A program made the translations under genes and the position numbers. The notes under the pieces are model-generated. The model saw nothing but the letters and a program-made list of their open reading frames with translations. It was not told where the DNA came from and did no database searches. A DNA stretch of 64,000 nucleotides, taken from positions 144,338 through 208,337 of the forward strand of contig CAVPFK010000024.1 of NCBI GenBank assembly GCA_963703705.1, written 5' to 3'. Positions 6,919 to 16,469 of this stretch are shown piece after piece; position 1 is the first letter of the stretch, and each line of letters opens with the position of its first letter. The DNA comes from an uncultured Acidobacteriota bacterium. Its GTDB lineage: Bacteria > Acidobacteriota > Terriglobia > Acidiferrales > UBA7541.

Positions 6919-9900
6919 TCAGGATTGAACGACGGGGGCCGGCATTTGGGGTTCGACGCCACGCCATCCGACCGGGCGTCCCTGGACCGCTTCTTTCAAC
7001 GCGCGGAATAGAACGACGTACATCATCTGACGGTAGTAAAAACGCTGAAGGATCAGGGGCGCCAAGAGAGTCCAGTCTTCATTCCTTTCCAGCGCGAATG
7101 CGACGACGCAGGTTAACAAGTCGATGACCATGAAGATGGCGAAGAAGATCAGCGAACGCTCGACGTCCTGAAGAGTCCAGAGCTGGGGCAAGTGCGCGAT
7201 TCGAAGCTGCGCGAGCCCCCAGAGCGCGATGGAAAGCAAGAACAGGAGATCAATTACCGGTGAAACGAGCGGAAGAATAATCTGAAATAGAAATATGTTC
7301 GGAATTGCGATCCAGCCGAGTGTTCCATAGCGTGGCTTGCCCACTGCGTCGCGATGCTTCCATACCGCTTGCAGCGTCCCGAAAGTCCAGCGAAATCGCT
7401 GGCGAATCAGAGCTTCGACGGTATCGGGAACCTCGGTGCGTCCGATGGCGTCTTCGTCATATAGAATTTTCCATCCATTGCGACGGATGGTAAGAGTGAG
7501 GTCGGTATCTTCCGCCACGGTGTCACCCGAAAAGCCGCCATTGGCGCGCAACAAATCCGTGCGCCACGCTCCTGCCGCGCCGGGCACGACCGGAATGCAA
7601 TTCAACAAATCGAACGCGCGCTTTTCCAAGTTCTGACTGGTGATGTATTCGAGAGCCTGCCAGCGTGTGAGCCACTTATTGCGGTTCATCACTTTCACGT
7701 TTCCCGCCACTGCGCCTACTTTGGGATCCGCGAAATGCCGGACCAGGCGCGAGATGGCCTCGGGGTCCACGATTGTGTCCGCGTCAATAGAAACGACAAT
7801 TTCACCGACGGCTTCCGAGAGGGCATGGTTCAGCGCGGCCGGTTTGCCGCGGTTCGGCTGCAACAACAACCGCACGCGCGGGTCGCGTCCAAAATTTTCG
7901 CGCACGAGTTCGGCGGTGCGATCGGTGGAACCGTCGTCCACCGCCAGGATCTCGAGATGGGGATACGTGGAAGCGAGCGCCGAGCGCAGGGTATCGACGA
8001 TGACGGACTCCTCGTTGTACGCCGGAATCATAACCGTGACTTCCGGTTTGTACTCGGGATGATCCACCGGGTTGGGCCTGAGTTTCTCCGCAAGAGCAAG
8101 CAAGCCCACGACCAGCGCGCGGCCACTGACGAGCAAAATTCCGGTCATAAAAATGAAGCCGATGCCGAAGCGAAACCAGCGGAAGGCCTCAAAGGCGAAC
8201 GCGTCCGCGCGCGCGAGCAACCATTCTTGATGGCTGAGCGGCGGCATCACTTGCGCGCGGGTTTGGCCCAACAGACTGCCCACCGAGACAAATTCATAGC
8301 CCTTCGCGCGAAGGGCATCAATGATTTGCGGTAGCGCTGCAAGTGTGTGGCTGCGGTCTCCGCCGCCGTCGTGCATCAGGATGATGTTTCCCTTGCCGGT
8401 CTGCGTATCCGTCAGCACGCGCTGGACGATCGTATCCACTGGGGGAGGTGAGCCGCCGTCTGGCTCGCCCCAATCATGCGGGTCGATCTGAGCACCCACG
8501 ATGATGTATCCCATCGATTGCGGAACAGGAAGCATCGCAATTTCGCTGGCCGTTTCGGGCTGGTGATCGATACCGTAAGGTGGCCGAAAAAGGAGAGTCT
8601 TCACACCCAGGTTGCTTTCCAAAAGCAGTTCGGTGAGATTCAGCTCAAACTGGAGCTGAGATTTCGAAATGGTCTCAAAATCGGGATGCGTGAAGGTGTG
8701 ATTGCCTACTTCATTTCCGAGATCGAACTCACGCTTCACGATTCCGGGATACTGATTTGCGGACTCGCCGATTACAAAGAAGGCCGCGGGGACTTGTTTC
8801 TGATGCAAAACGTCAATGATTCTCGAAGTCCAGTTGGGATCGGGACCATCGTCGAATGTAAGAGCTACTTTGTGCGGAGCGTATCCCATCTGATCGATGC
8901 GCCAGGAAAGCGGATAGGTCTTGAACGTCTCGTCGGTGAAAAGATCGGTGTCGGAATCGTATTCGAACTCACGACGGCCGCTCTGCGGAGTGGCGGTAAT
9001 GCGCCATATATCGCCCTGGCCTTCCAGAATTAAGTCGTAGCCGGGTGGAACGTCGTGCACTTTGTTGCGAATCGTATCGTCGGGATGGGTGGCGTCCCAT
9101 ATGGACCATATCGACGGGTCTTCCATACCCAGGCGCCACAGCGCTGTGCCGCGGACGCCGGCACGTTCGGCCGCGCGCAATTCGTTGTAAGCCGTAAGAG
9201 CATCCAGCATCCAAACCTGGTGCACGTTATTTTTTTCATCTTCGTAGGAGTAGTGCGGATTCAGAGAATCGGAATCGAACTCGACATCGGTCTCCGACTC
9301 CACGGCGGTAACAATGCCTTGTTGAAACGTGACGGGCTGGGCGATGGGGTGCGGAGCTGCTTTCGATTTTGGCTGCCAGTCGTAACCATAATTCGCGATG
9401 CCCATCACGATTTTCTCGGGCGCCACCAGCTTGGTTATGTTTTGAATGTTGGTGACGAACCAATCCTGAGACGCGATGGGGCCGGGATCGGACGTGGGGT
9501 AGTGCAAGTCGTAATTCATCAGGATCATGGCATCGGCTTGCGCTGCCAAATACTTGTAGTCGTAGCTCCAGTCCGCGGCCGGCAGCGCGACCATCAATTT
9601 CAGGTTGGCGGAGCGCAACGAGGCGCCTAAATCGTGAATGAAACGGTTAAAGTCCGCCATACTGGATTGCGGGACTTGCTCGAAATCGACGACGATACCG
9701 GGCTGGTGCTGCTGGGAAACAAAATCAGAGAGCTCCCTTAGCAGACGGTCGCGCGCTGCCGGATGCCCGAGCATGTCCGCCATATCTTTTATGGCCCAGT
9801 CTTTTCCATTGTAGTTATTGACCATGGACATCACCGGAAGCTCGAGGCCGGTGGGCTGCATGGATTTCATCCAGGCGTCGAGTTTCGTATTGCGGTCAAT

Positions 9901-10305
9901 CTCCAAATGGCCGTCCGGCCAAGCGGCGTGCAGCGCGTCCGGAATGAGCAAGTCGATGTCGTGGTAGTGCACCTGCAGCGCAGCGAGACTCGATGCGTCA
10001 TCTTCTTCGTAAAAGGCCGCGCGCAGGGGATCGTAGTTCTGCGGAATTTTTCCCAGGGCGGCGATCTTGCGCTTGCGGCCCCGAGTGGTTTTTGTCTTCA
10101 CGACCGCAAGATGCGTGCGGATGGCGTGGAGTCCGCCGTGAGTATCCGCCTGCAAAATTTCAGGGAGCGCGGGATTGCGGCCGACGTTGACCAGGAAAAT
10201 GACAAGCACGATGGTAAAGAAACTGCCGGCAATTTCCAGCACGCGGCGAGTGCGCCGCCAGCGGCGCCGCTCTTGATCATAGAAAATGGGCTTGCGTTCA
10301 GGCAT
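6919..10305 (-). CDS. Fused membrane polysaccharide synthase: GH18-like domain + CE4 (NodB) polysaccharide deacetylase + processive family-2 glycosyltransferase
   Basis: 1128 aa. The N-terminus is basic (RRRWRRTRR) and is followed by a TM helix. The GH18-like region carries GIVVDFEQV at about aa 90-400. NodB motifs (LTFDDGPD, HTFTHPDF, LFRPPYG, ILMHDGGGD) lie at about aa 478-680, followed by TM helices. GT2 motifs (IPAYNEE, DDGSTD, DADT, AEDTD, QRFRW) lie at about aa 755-985. The C-terminus has further TM helices. Confidence 0.85.
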   Translation of the reverse strand: MPERKPIFYDQERRRWRRTRRVLEIAGSFFTIVLVIFLVNVGRNPALPEILQADTHGGLHAIRTHLAVVKTKTTRGRKRKIAALGKIPQNYDPLRAAFYEEDDASSLAALQVHYHDIDLLIPDALHAAWPDGHLEIDRNTKLDAWMKSMQPTGLELPVMSMVNNYNGKDWAIKDMADMLGHPAARDRLLRELSDFVSQQHQPGIVVDFEQVPQSSMADFNRFIHDLGASLRSANLKLMVALPAADWSYDYKYLAAQADAMILMNYDLHYPTSDPGPIASQDWFVTNIQNITKLVAPEKIVMGIANYGYDWQPKSKAAPHPIAQPVTFQQGIVTAVESETDVEFDSDSLNPHYSYEDEKNNVHQVWMLDALTAYNELRAAERAGVRGTALWRLGMEDPSIWSIWDATHPDDTIRNKVHDVPPGYDLILEGQGDIWRITATPQSGRREFEYDSDTDLFTDETFKTYPLSWRIDQMGYAPHKVALTFDDGPDPNWTSRIIDVLHQKQVPAAFFVIGESANQYPGIVKREFDLGNEVGNHTFTHPDFETISKSQLQFELNLTELLLESNLGVKTLLFRPPYGIDHQPETASEIAMLPVPQSMGYIIVGAQIDPHDWGEPDGGSPPPVDTIVQRVLTDTQTGKGNIILMHDGGGDRSHTLAALPQIIDALRAKGYEFVSVGSLLGQTRAQVMPPLSHQEWLLARADAFAFEAFRWFRFGIGFIFMTGILLVSGRALVVGLLALAEKLRPNPVDHPEYKPEVTVMIPAYNEESVIVDTLRSALASTYPHLEILAVDDGSTDRTAELVRENFGRDPRVRLLLQPNRGKPAALNHALSEAVGEIVVSIDADTIVDPEAISRLVRHFADPKVGAVAGNVKVMNRNKWLTRWQALEYITSQNLEKRAFDLLNCIPVVPGAAGAWRTDLLRANGGFSGDTVAEDTDLTLTIRRNGWKILYDEDAIGRTEVPDTVEALIRQRFRWTFGTLQAVWKHRDAVGKPRYGTLGWIAIPNIFLFQIILPLVSPVIDLLFLLSIALWGLAQLRIAHLPQLWTLQDVERSLIFFAIFMVIDLLTCVVAFALERNEDWTLLAPLILQRFYYRQMMYVVLFRALKEAVQGRPVGWRGVEPQMPAPVVQS

Positions 10306-10335
10306 CGGGACAATCCAAGCTAGCCGTCCATCAAG

Positions 10336-11754
10336 ATGGTGTCAATTACCCAACACACTAAGATGCTCGTAAATGCTGGCCTCGCTGTGTCAGCTGGGTT
10401 GGCCCTGAGAGTGTTCTTCGTACTGAAGTTCCCCGTCACGGATTCGGGCGATGCTCCATTCTACATGGAGTTGGCTTGGAATTGGCTGAAGAACGGAGTA
10501 TACGGATTTCCGGTCAATGGGCACCTGACCCCGGTAGACATGCGCGTTCCGGGCTATCCGGCATTCCTTGCCGCGGTTTTCGCCTTCGCAGGAAATTCCC
10601 CGCGCGCCGTCATGCTTGCGCAAGTCGTACTCGACCTGGCCACTTGTTTCCTGATCGCGCTAATCGCCGGGCGGCTGGCACCGGAAATATCCCGCAGGCG
10701 TGTGATGCTGGCGGGGCTGTGGCTTGCGGCGCTTTGTCCCTTTACGGCCAACTACACGGCGGTGGTGCTCACCGAGACTTTGACGATATTTCTGACCGCG
10801 CTCGCGCTTTTGATTTTGCTCGAGACGGACTTCGGCAAAAAGATCGATCTGTCGCGCAGAGTGAATTTTGGCAAAGGACTGTTGAATCCATGGTTGCTGG
10901 CGGGAATCGTGGTCGGGTTCGGGACACTCGTGCGCCCGGAAACGCCATTGGTCCTTTTTGCCGCTGGCTTGGTGCTGGCCACAGAGTGGTGGCGGCCAGT
11001 GAATTGGGCGAAACTTTTTCGTACCGGATTGCTGCTGGCCGCCGGGACGATATTGCCGCTGATACCCTGGGCGGCGCGCAATTGGAACACGCTGCACGAC
11101 GTTCAATTTTTGGCGCCGCGATACAGCGAACTTCCCGGTGAATACACGCCGCTCGGATTCAACGACTGGACAAATACCTGGCTTTGGCATTTTCGCGACG
11201 TATATCTGACGCAGTGGAAGCTCAATGAGGAAGAGATTTCGCTCGATGATCTTCCTGCTTCGGCGTTCGATTCGGCCGAAGAACGCGCGCGCGTTTCGGA
11301 TTTGTTGGACCAATACAACGAAGAGCTGACGGTGGGACCGGCGCTTGATCAGCAATTTCGCGAGCTCGCGCGCGAACGCACCCAGCGGCACCCATTGCGC
11401 ACTCATCTCCTCGTGCCATTTTTGCGGTCGCTCACTTTGTGGTTTACGCCTCGGATTGAGCTGCTGCCATATTCAGGGCATTTGTGGCCCGTAGGCGTGG
11501 AATGGGAAGACGATCGTCCGGATTTTCTTTTGACGCTTAGTCTGATTTTCGCGAATGTTGGCTACCTCGGGCTTGCGCTGGCGGGGGCTTGGATGGCGCG
11601 GCGGCAGCCGGGGGCGGCGCTCTTGATTGCGTTCATTATCGTCCGCACGGCGTTCTTTACGACTTTCGTCGAGACGCCGGAGCCTCGCTATGTGCTGGAA
11701 TGTTTTCCCGCGGTGATCGCGCTGGCCGCGCGGGTGTTTTCCGGTCGCAACTAG
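10336..11754 (+). CDS. ArnT/PMT-like (GT-C fold, family 39-like) integral membrane glycosyltransferase
   Basis: 472 aa and polytopic. The N-terminal loop DSGDAPFYMELAWNWLKNGVYGF and the multi-TM pattern resemble PMT_2/ArnT-type enzymes. It is divergent from the synthase gene, with a 30-bp gap. Confidence 0.6.
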   Translation: MVSITQHTKMLVNAGLAVSAGLALRVFFVLKFPVTDSGDAPFYMELAWNWLKNGVYGFPVNGHLTPVDMRVPGYPAFLAAVFAFAGNSPRAVMLAQVVLDLATCFLIALIAGRLAPEISRRRVMLAGLWLAALCPFTANYTAVVLTETLTIFLTALALLILLETDFGKKIDLSRRVNFGKGLLNPWLLAGIVVGFGTLVRPETPLVLFAAGLVLATEWWRPVNWAKLFRTGLLLAAGTILPLIPWAARNWNTLHDVQFLAPRYSELPGEYTPLGFNDWTNTWLWHFRDVYLTQWKLNEEEISLDDLPASAFDSAEERARVSDLLDQYNEELTVGPALDQQFRELARERTQRHPLRTHLLVPFLRSLTLWFTPRIELLPYSGHLWPVGVEWEDDRPDFLLTLSLIFANVGYLGLALAGAWMARRQPGAALLIAFIIVRTAFFTTFVETPEPRYVLECFPAVIALAARVFSGRN

Positions 11755-13169
11755 GCTTCTTCGACCGGCTCGGGGTGAATCGTCAACCGAAAAATCTGAG
11801 GAAATCTTTCTTTTACGCGGTCTTCCAGCGCGGCGGTGATGTCATGAACTTCAGTGATGGGAAGACTTCCGTCCATGGCGCAATGGCAAGAGACCAGGAT
11901 TTTATGATCGGCGCTGCGCACCCGCACATCGTGACAGTCGGTCAACTCGTGATATTCCGATTGAAGGGAATTCAGAAAATCCTGGACCGCGCGCGATAAC
12001 TCTTTCATTTCTGCTGCGCTGCCGATGCGCACGCCCAGCGGCTCGATATGGATATTGACGCGCGCTCCAGGTTCGCTGGCCTTCAAGATTTCTTGTTCGA
12101 GTTCTGTGGCGCGGCGATGAGCTTCGCGCAGGCTCGATCCCTCTTCCACTTCCAGGTGCAGTTCGATAAAAAGATGGCCGTCATAGTGATTGGCTGAGAT
12201 TTCGTGAATGGCCAGACCTCGACGCTGAGCGATGGCGCGAATGGTTTCAAAGGGATGCTCGTTTTGCCTGGCGCGCGGTTCGACGTGCACCACCACGTCG
12301 GCGGGGACAATCTGGCCGATGCGCTTTTCTACCGATTCACTGGCAGCGTGGGCCTGCTCGAGGCTTGCAGTGCGCGGAACGCTGATGGTTGCATCCACAA
12401 AATAGCGCTGGCCTGCCCGGCGCACGCGAACACGTTCGGTACGCAAGACGCCTTCGGTTTTATCCAAAGCCGCCGTAATCCGCTCGCGCAGCCCGCTGGG
12501 GGCCACGTCGAGCAGCGCGTCCGCGGTGCGTTTGCCGAGGCGCGAGCCGATCCAGATGATCACGCCAGCGACGCCGAGAGCAGCTACGGCGTCGAGTTTG
12601 CCCAACCACGGTATGCCGAACTTCTGCCCCAGCAGTGCGCCCGTGATGCCGAGGATGACTACGAAAGTGCTCCAAACGTCCGTAGAAAAATGCAACGCGT
12701 CGGCTTCCAAGGCTTCGCTGGGATATTTTTTGGCGACACGATTCAGGGCGCGTGACCGGACGAAATCTATGCCCATGGCTGCTGCGAGGACAACTATCGC
12801 AGTCACGCTGGGCCGCACCTCGACAGAGTGAAAGACAAGCCGCTGAATCGCTTCCCAAATAATGTAAATCGCGGTGAACAGTAAAAGCGCCGTTTCAACG
12901 AACGCGGAAAAGTTTTCCACTTTACCGTGGCCGTAGAGGTGGTCGGAGTCAGCGGGCTTGTCCGCCACGCGAACCGAGAGGTAGGTAATCACCGCGGCTA
13001 CAAGATCGAGAATCGAGTGCAACGCCTCAGACAAAATTCCCAAGCTGCCGGTGAGCGCGGCGAGGAAAACTTTTAGCGTGACAAGAACCACTGCGGATCC
13101 AATCGAGGCGAGCGCCGCCATGCGCTTTTCACGCGACGCTTGGCCGACGATCGCGGGTGCAGATGACAT
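11751..13169 (-). CDS. Cation diffusion facilitator (CDF) transporter with extended C-terminus
   Basis: The TM domain carries SEALHSILDLVAAV and HLYGHGKVENFSAF...DALHFSTDVWS. It is followed by three successive alpha/beta segments, each ending in a HVEP/HIEP/IHPEP motif. Confidence 0.85.
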   Translation of the reverse strand: MSSAPAIVGQASREKRMAALASIGSAVVLVTLKVFLAALTGSLGILSEALHSILDLVAAVITYLSVRVADKPADSDHLYGHGKVENFSAFVETALLLFTAIYIIWEAIQRLVFHSVEVRPSVTAIVVLAAAMGIDFVRSRALNRVAKKYPSEALEADALHFSTDVWSTFVVILGITGALLGQKFGIPWLGKLDAVAALGVAGVIIWIGSRLGKRTADALLDVAPSGLRERITAALDKTEGVLRTERVRVRRAGQRYFVDATISVPRTASLEQAHAASESVEKRIGQIVPADVVVHVEPRARQNEHPFETIRAIAQRRGLAIHEISANHYDGHLFIELHLEVEEGSSLREAHRRATELEQEILKASEPGARVNIHIEPLGVRIGSAAEMKELSRAVQDFLNSLQSEYHELTDCHDVRVRSADHKILVSCHCAMDGSLPITEVHDITAALEDRVKERFPQIFRLTIHPEPVEEA

Positions 13170-13354
13170 GCGGGGGATTATACGCTCAGTCGAATCGCGG
13201 CCGGGGGATCCAACCGGACGATTTGCCCAAAATCCGGTATCGAGAGCAGGGCCAAGAAATCCGCGTTGTCTCCTCTACGACAAGTTTGATATACATCCAT
13301 GTAAGCTGAAGGAACGGTGGATAGTTCCCGCCCGGCTGTAACCTCATCCTCGCG

Positions 13355-16300
13355 ATGCTGGCTCCCGGCACCAAACTCGGCCCCTATGAGATCGTCGCCC
13401 CGCTTGGCGCGGGCGGAATGGGCGAGGTCTATCAAGCCAGGGACTCGCGGCTAGGCCGCATCGTTGCGGTCAAGATTCTACCCGCCGAACTCGCTGCAGA
13501 CAGCGACCGGCTGCACCGGTTCGAGCGGGAGGCGCGCTCAACCTCCAGCCTCAATCACCCCAACATCGTAACCATCTACGATCTCGGACAGGAGGGTTCC
13601 ACTCATTACATGGCGATGGAGATGATCGAAGGGAAGACGCTGCGTGAGTTGCTTGCCGGGGGGCCGCTGCCGATACGAAAAGTAATTGAGATCGCTGCAC
13701 AAGTCGCCGAGGGACTGGCCAAGGCGCATGAGGCGGGTATCGCGCACAGGGACTTAAAGCCCGACAACCTAATGCTTTCTCAGGATGGATTCGTAAAAAT
13801 ATTGGATTTTGGTTTAGCCAAGCTCGCTTCGCCGGGAGGTGAAACGTCCGAGACGCGCACGACATCCGGATGGCAGACGCAGGCCGGCGGGGTGCTGGGA
13901 ACTGTGCCATACATGTCGCCCGAGCAAGCCAGCGGCGGCCCGATAGATTTCCGGTCGGACCAGTTTTCGTTTGGATTGGTGCTGTACGAGATGGTGAGCG
14001 GAAAGCGCGCTTTTAGGAGAAACACGGTAGCGGAGACGGTAGTTGCCATTCTTCGAGAGCAGCCCGAACCGGTCGGAGCGCAGAATCCCGACGCTCCTGC
14101 GCCGCTATGTTGGGCCATCGAGCGGTGTCTGGAAAAAGAGCCCCCTAAGCGCTACGCCTCCACGCAAGATCTCGCGCGGGAACTTGCAGCCATACGCGAT
14201 CGGTTTTCGGAAAAACAAGTCCAGCAGGGCGAACCGCGCACAACGAATATTCCCGTGCAGCGGACGCGTTTTGTGGGGCGAGAGAAAGAAGTGGTTGCAG
14301 CCAAGGAACTTCTACTGCGACCGGATGTGCGGCTGGTCACGGTCACTGGTCCGGGCGGCATCGGGAAGACCCGTCTCGCGGTGGAGGTGGCGAGCGGCTT
14401 GGTCGATCGATTTCCCGGCGGCATTCATTTTGTCCCGCTCTCTCCGGTAAGCGATCCGGAATCGATGGCGTCGGCGATAGTGCAGACGATGGGGATTCGG
14501 GAGGCCGGAGGGCAGTCACCGCTCGAAATACTCAAGAAGAATTTCAGGGATTCGTTGCGCGCGTCCATGTTGCTCGTGCTGGACAATTTCGAGCATCTTA
14601 TGCAGGCGGCGCCTACGGTTGCGGAACTTCTGGCCGCAGCCCACCATCTTAAGATCCTGGTAACCAGCCGCGCGGCGCTGCACGTCTACGGCGAGCAAGA
14701 ATTTCCGGTTCCGCCGCTTGCACTGCCAGACTCGAAGTCCATGCCTTCGCTTGCAGTGTTGTCGAAGTATCCCGCGGTCGCGTTGTTCGTTCAACGCGCT
14801 GCCGCGGCTAAGCCGGATTTTGAACTGAACGCAGAAAACGCCCGCGCCGTCACCGAGATTTGCTCGCGGTTGGACGGTTTGCCGCTCGCGATTGAACTGG
14901 CGGCTGCGCGTGTGAAAGTTCTTTCGCTCTCTGCCATGCAGACGCGCCTAGCGAGCCGCCTACAGCTATTGACCGGCGGGGCGCGGGATTTACCGCAGCG
15001 GCAGCAGACGCTCCGAGCCGCGATCGACTGGAGCTACGACCTGCTCTGCGCCGCGGAGCAGAAACTTTTTCGCAGATTATCGGTGTTTGTAGGGGGATGC
15101 ACACTGGAAGGCGTGGAAGCGGTGTGCGACACGAACGGCGATCTCGATTTGGACCTGCTCGACGGTATGGCGTCGATGGTGGACAAAAGCCTGCTACAGC
15201 AGGTCGAGCAAGCGACTGGTGAATCGCGTTTTGCGATGCTGGAGACGATTCGAGAATACGCTCGAGAAAAATTGGAGGCCAGCGGCGAGGAAGCTCAGAC
15301 AAAGCGCGCGCATGCTGCCTACTGCCTGGTGCTGGCCGAAGAGGTGGCGGCCGAACAGAGTGGCGGGGAAGGAGCGGAATGGCTGGAACACTTGACGTTG
15401 GAACATGACAATTTTCGCGCCGCGCTTGATTGGCTGACGCAAACGGGAGAGGTGGAGTGGGGACTGCGCCTCGGCGCGGCGCTGTTTCGCTTTTGGGAGA
15501 CGCGCGAATATCTGGCCGAAGGCAGCGACAGTCTTGGCAAGCTTTTAAGACTGAAAGAAGCGTCCGCGCCGACGAAGGCGCGAGTGCGAGCTTCCTTCGC
15601 GGCAGGGGTGCTTGCCAGCGAACAAGGAGCCTATGCTGCGGCAGATGCGCTCTTCAGTGAGAGTTTGGAGATCGCTCGTCATTTGGGCGACACGCAAGGC
15701 GCAGCAGTGTCTCTCAATGCGATGGCGGTGAACGCTCGGGACCGGAACGACCTGGCAGTCGCGCACTCCCTGTTCGAGAAGAGTCTGGCGCTGTGGAGAG
15801 AATCGGGCGAATTGAAGGCCATCGCTCGGGCTCTCAGTAATCTGGCGACCGTTCTTAAATTGCAGGGCGAGTATCAGCACGCGCGTCAGCTTCACACGGA
15901 GTGTCAGGCAATATTCGAAGGATTGGCAGATCGCACCGGCGTGGCTTGGTCGCTGAACTCCCAAGGGGATGTGGCTCGCGATCAGGGCGACTCCGCAGGC
16001 GCGCGGGCGTTGTATGAACAAGGCCTGGAAATATTTCGCGGACTCGATGACCGCTGGGGCGTCGCCGGTACCCTGGCGGATCTGGGAAATTTGGCGAGGG
16101 AAAAGCGAGATTGCGCCACGGCGCATCCTCTGTATCGAGAAAGCCTGAAGATTTTTCAAGAACTGGATCACAAACGCGGCGTTGCCCGCCTGCTGGAGTG
16201 TTGCGCGTGTTCGGCTGCCGTGCAACTCCAAGCAAAACGTTCCTTGCGGCTGGCAGGCGCCGCGGCTGCGCTGCGGAAAAATATCGGCGCTCCGCTCACG

Positions 16301-16453
16301 CTTGACGAACAGTCCAAACTGGAAGCTTTTCTGGACCCTGCGCGGCAGGGGTTGAGTAACACAGCCAGCGCGATGGCTTGGCTGGAAGGTTGGAGTATGC
16401 CGGTAGAGAAAGCGGTCGAAGAAGCGCTCGGGCCAGAGACGACTTCTTCGTAA
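13355..16453 (+). CDS. Hanks-type Ser/Thr protein kinase fused to a STAND (NB-ARC/AAA-like) NTPase and TPR repeats
   Basis: Kinase motifs: GAGGMGEVY, VAVKILP, HRDLKPDNLM, DFGLAK, SPEQ. Walker A: VTGPGGIGKTRLA. The C-terminal half has repeated TPR-like ALxxSLxLxRELGD units. Confidence 0.85.
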   Translation: MLAPGTKLGPYEIVAPLGAGGMGEVYQARDSRLGRIVAVKILPAELAADSDRLHRFEREARSTSSLNHPNIVTIYDLGQEGSTHYMAMEMIEGKTLRELLAGGPLPIRKVIEIAAQVAEGLAKAHEAGIAHRDLKPDNLMLSQDGFVKILDFGLAKLASPGGETSETRTTSGWQTQAGGVLGTVPYMSPEQASGGPIDFRSDQFSFGLVLYEMVSGKRAFRRNTVAETVVAILREQPEPVGAQNPDAPAPLCWAIERCLEKEPPKRYASTQDLARELAAIRDRFSEKQVQQGEPRTTNIPVQRTRFVGREKEVVAAKELLLRPDVRLVTVTGPGGIGKTRLAVEVASGLVDRFPGGIHFVPLSPVSDPESMASAIVQTMGIREAGGQSPLEILKKNFRDSLRASMLLVLDNFEHLMQAAPTVAELLAAAHHLKILVTSRAALHVYGEQEFPVPPLALPDSKSMPSLAVLSKYPAVALFVQRAAAAKPDFELNAENARAVTEICSRLDGLPLAIELAAARVKVLSLSAMQTRLASRLQLLTGGARDLPQRQQTLRAAIDWSYDLLCAAEQKLFRRLSVFVGGCTLEGVEAVCDTNGDLDLDLLDGMASMVDKSLLQQVEQATGESRFAMLETIREYAREKLEASGEEAQTKRAHAAYCLVLAEEVAAEQSGGEGAEWLEHLTLEHDNFRAALDWLTQTGEVEWGLRLGAALFRFWETREYLAEGSDSLGKLLRLKEASAPTKARVRASFAAGVLASEQGAYAAADALFSESLEIARHLGDTQGAAVSLNAMAVNARDRNDLAVAHSLFEKSLALWRESGELKAIARALSNLATVLKLQGEYQHARQLHTECQAIFEGLADRTGVAWSLNSQGDVARDQGDSAGARALYEQGLEIFRGLDDRWGVAGTLADLGNLAREKRDCATAHPLYRESLKIFQELDHKRGVARLLECCACSAAVQLQAKRSLRLAGAAAALRKNIGAPLTLDEQSKLEAFLDPARQGLSNTASAMAWLEGWSMPVEKAVEEALGPETTSS

Positions 16454-16469
16454 TGGCGACGGCCAATGC

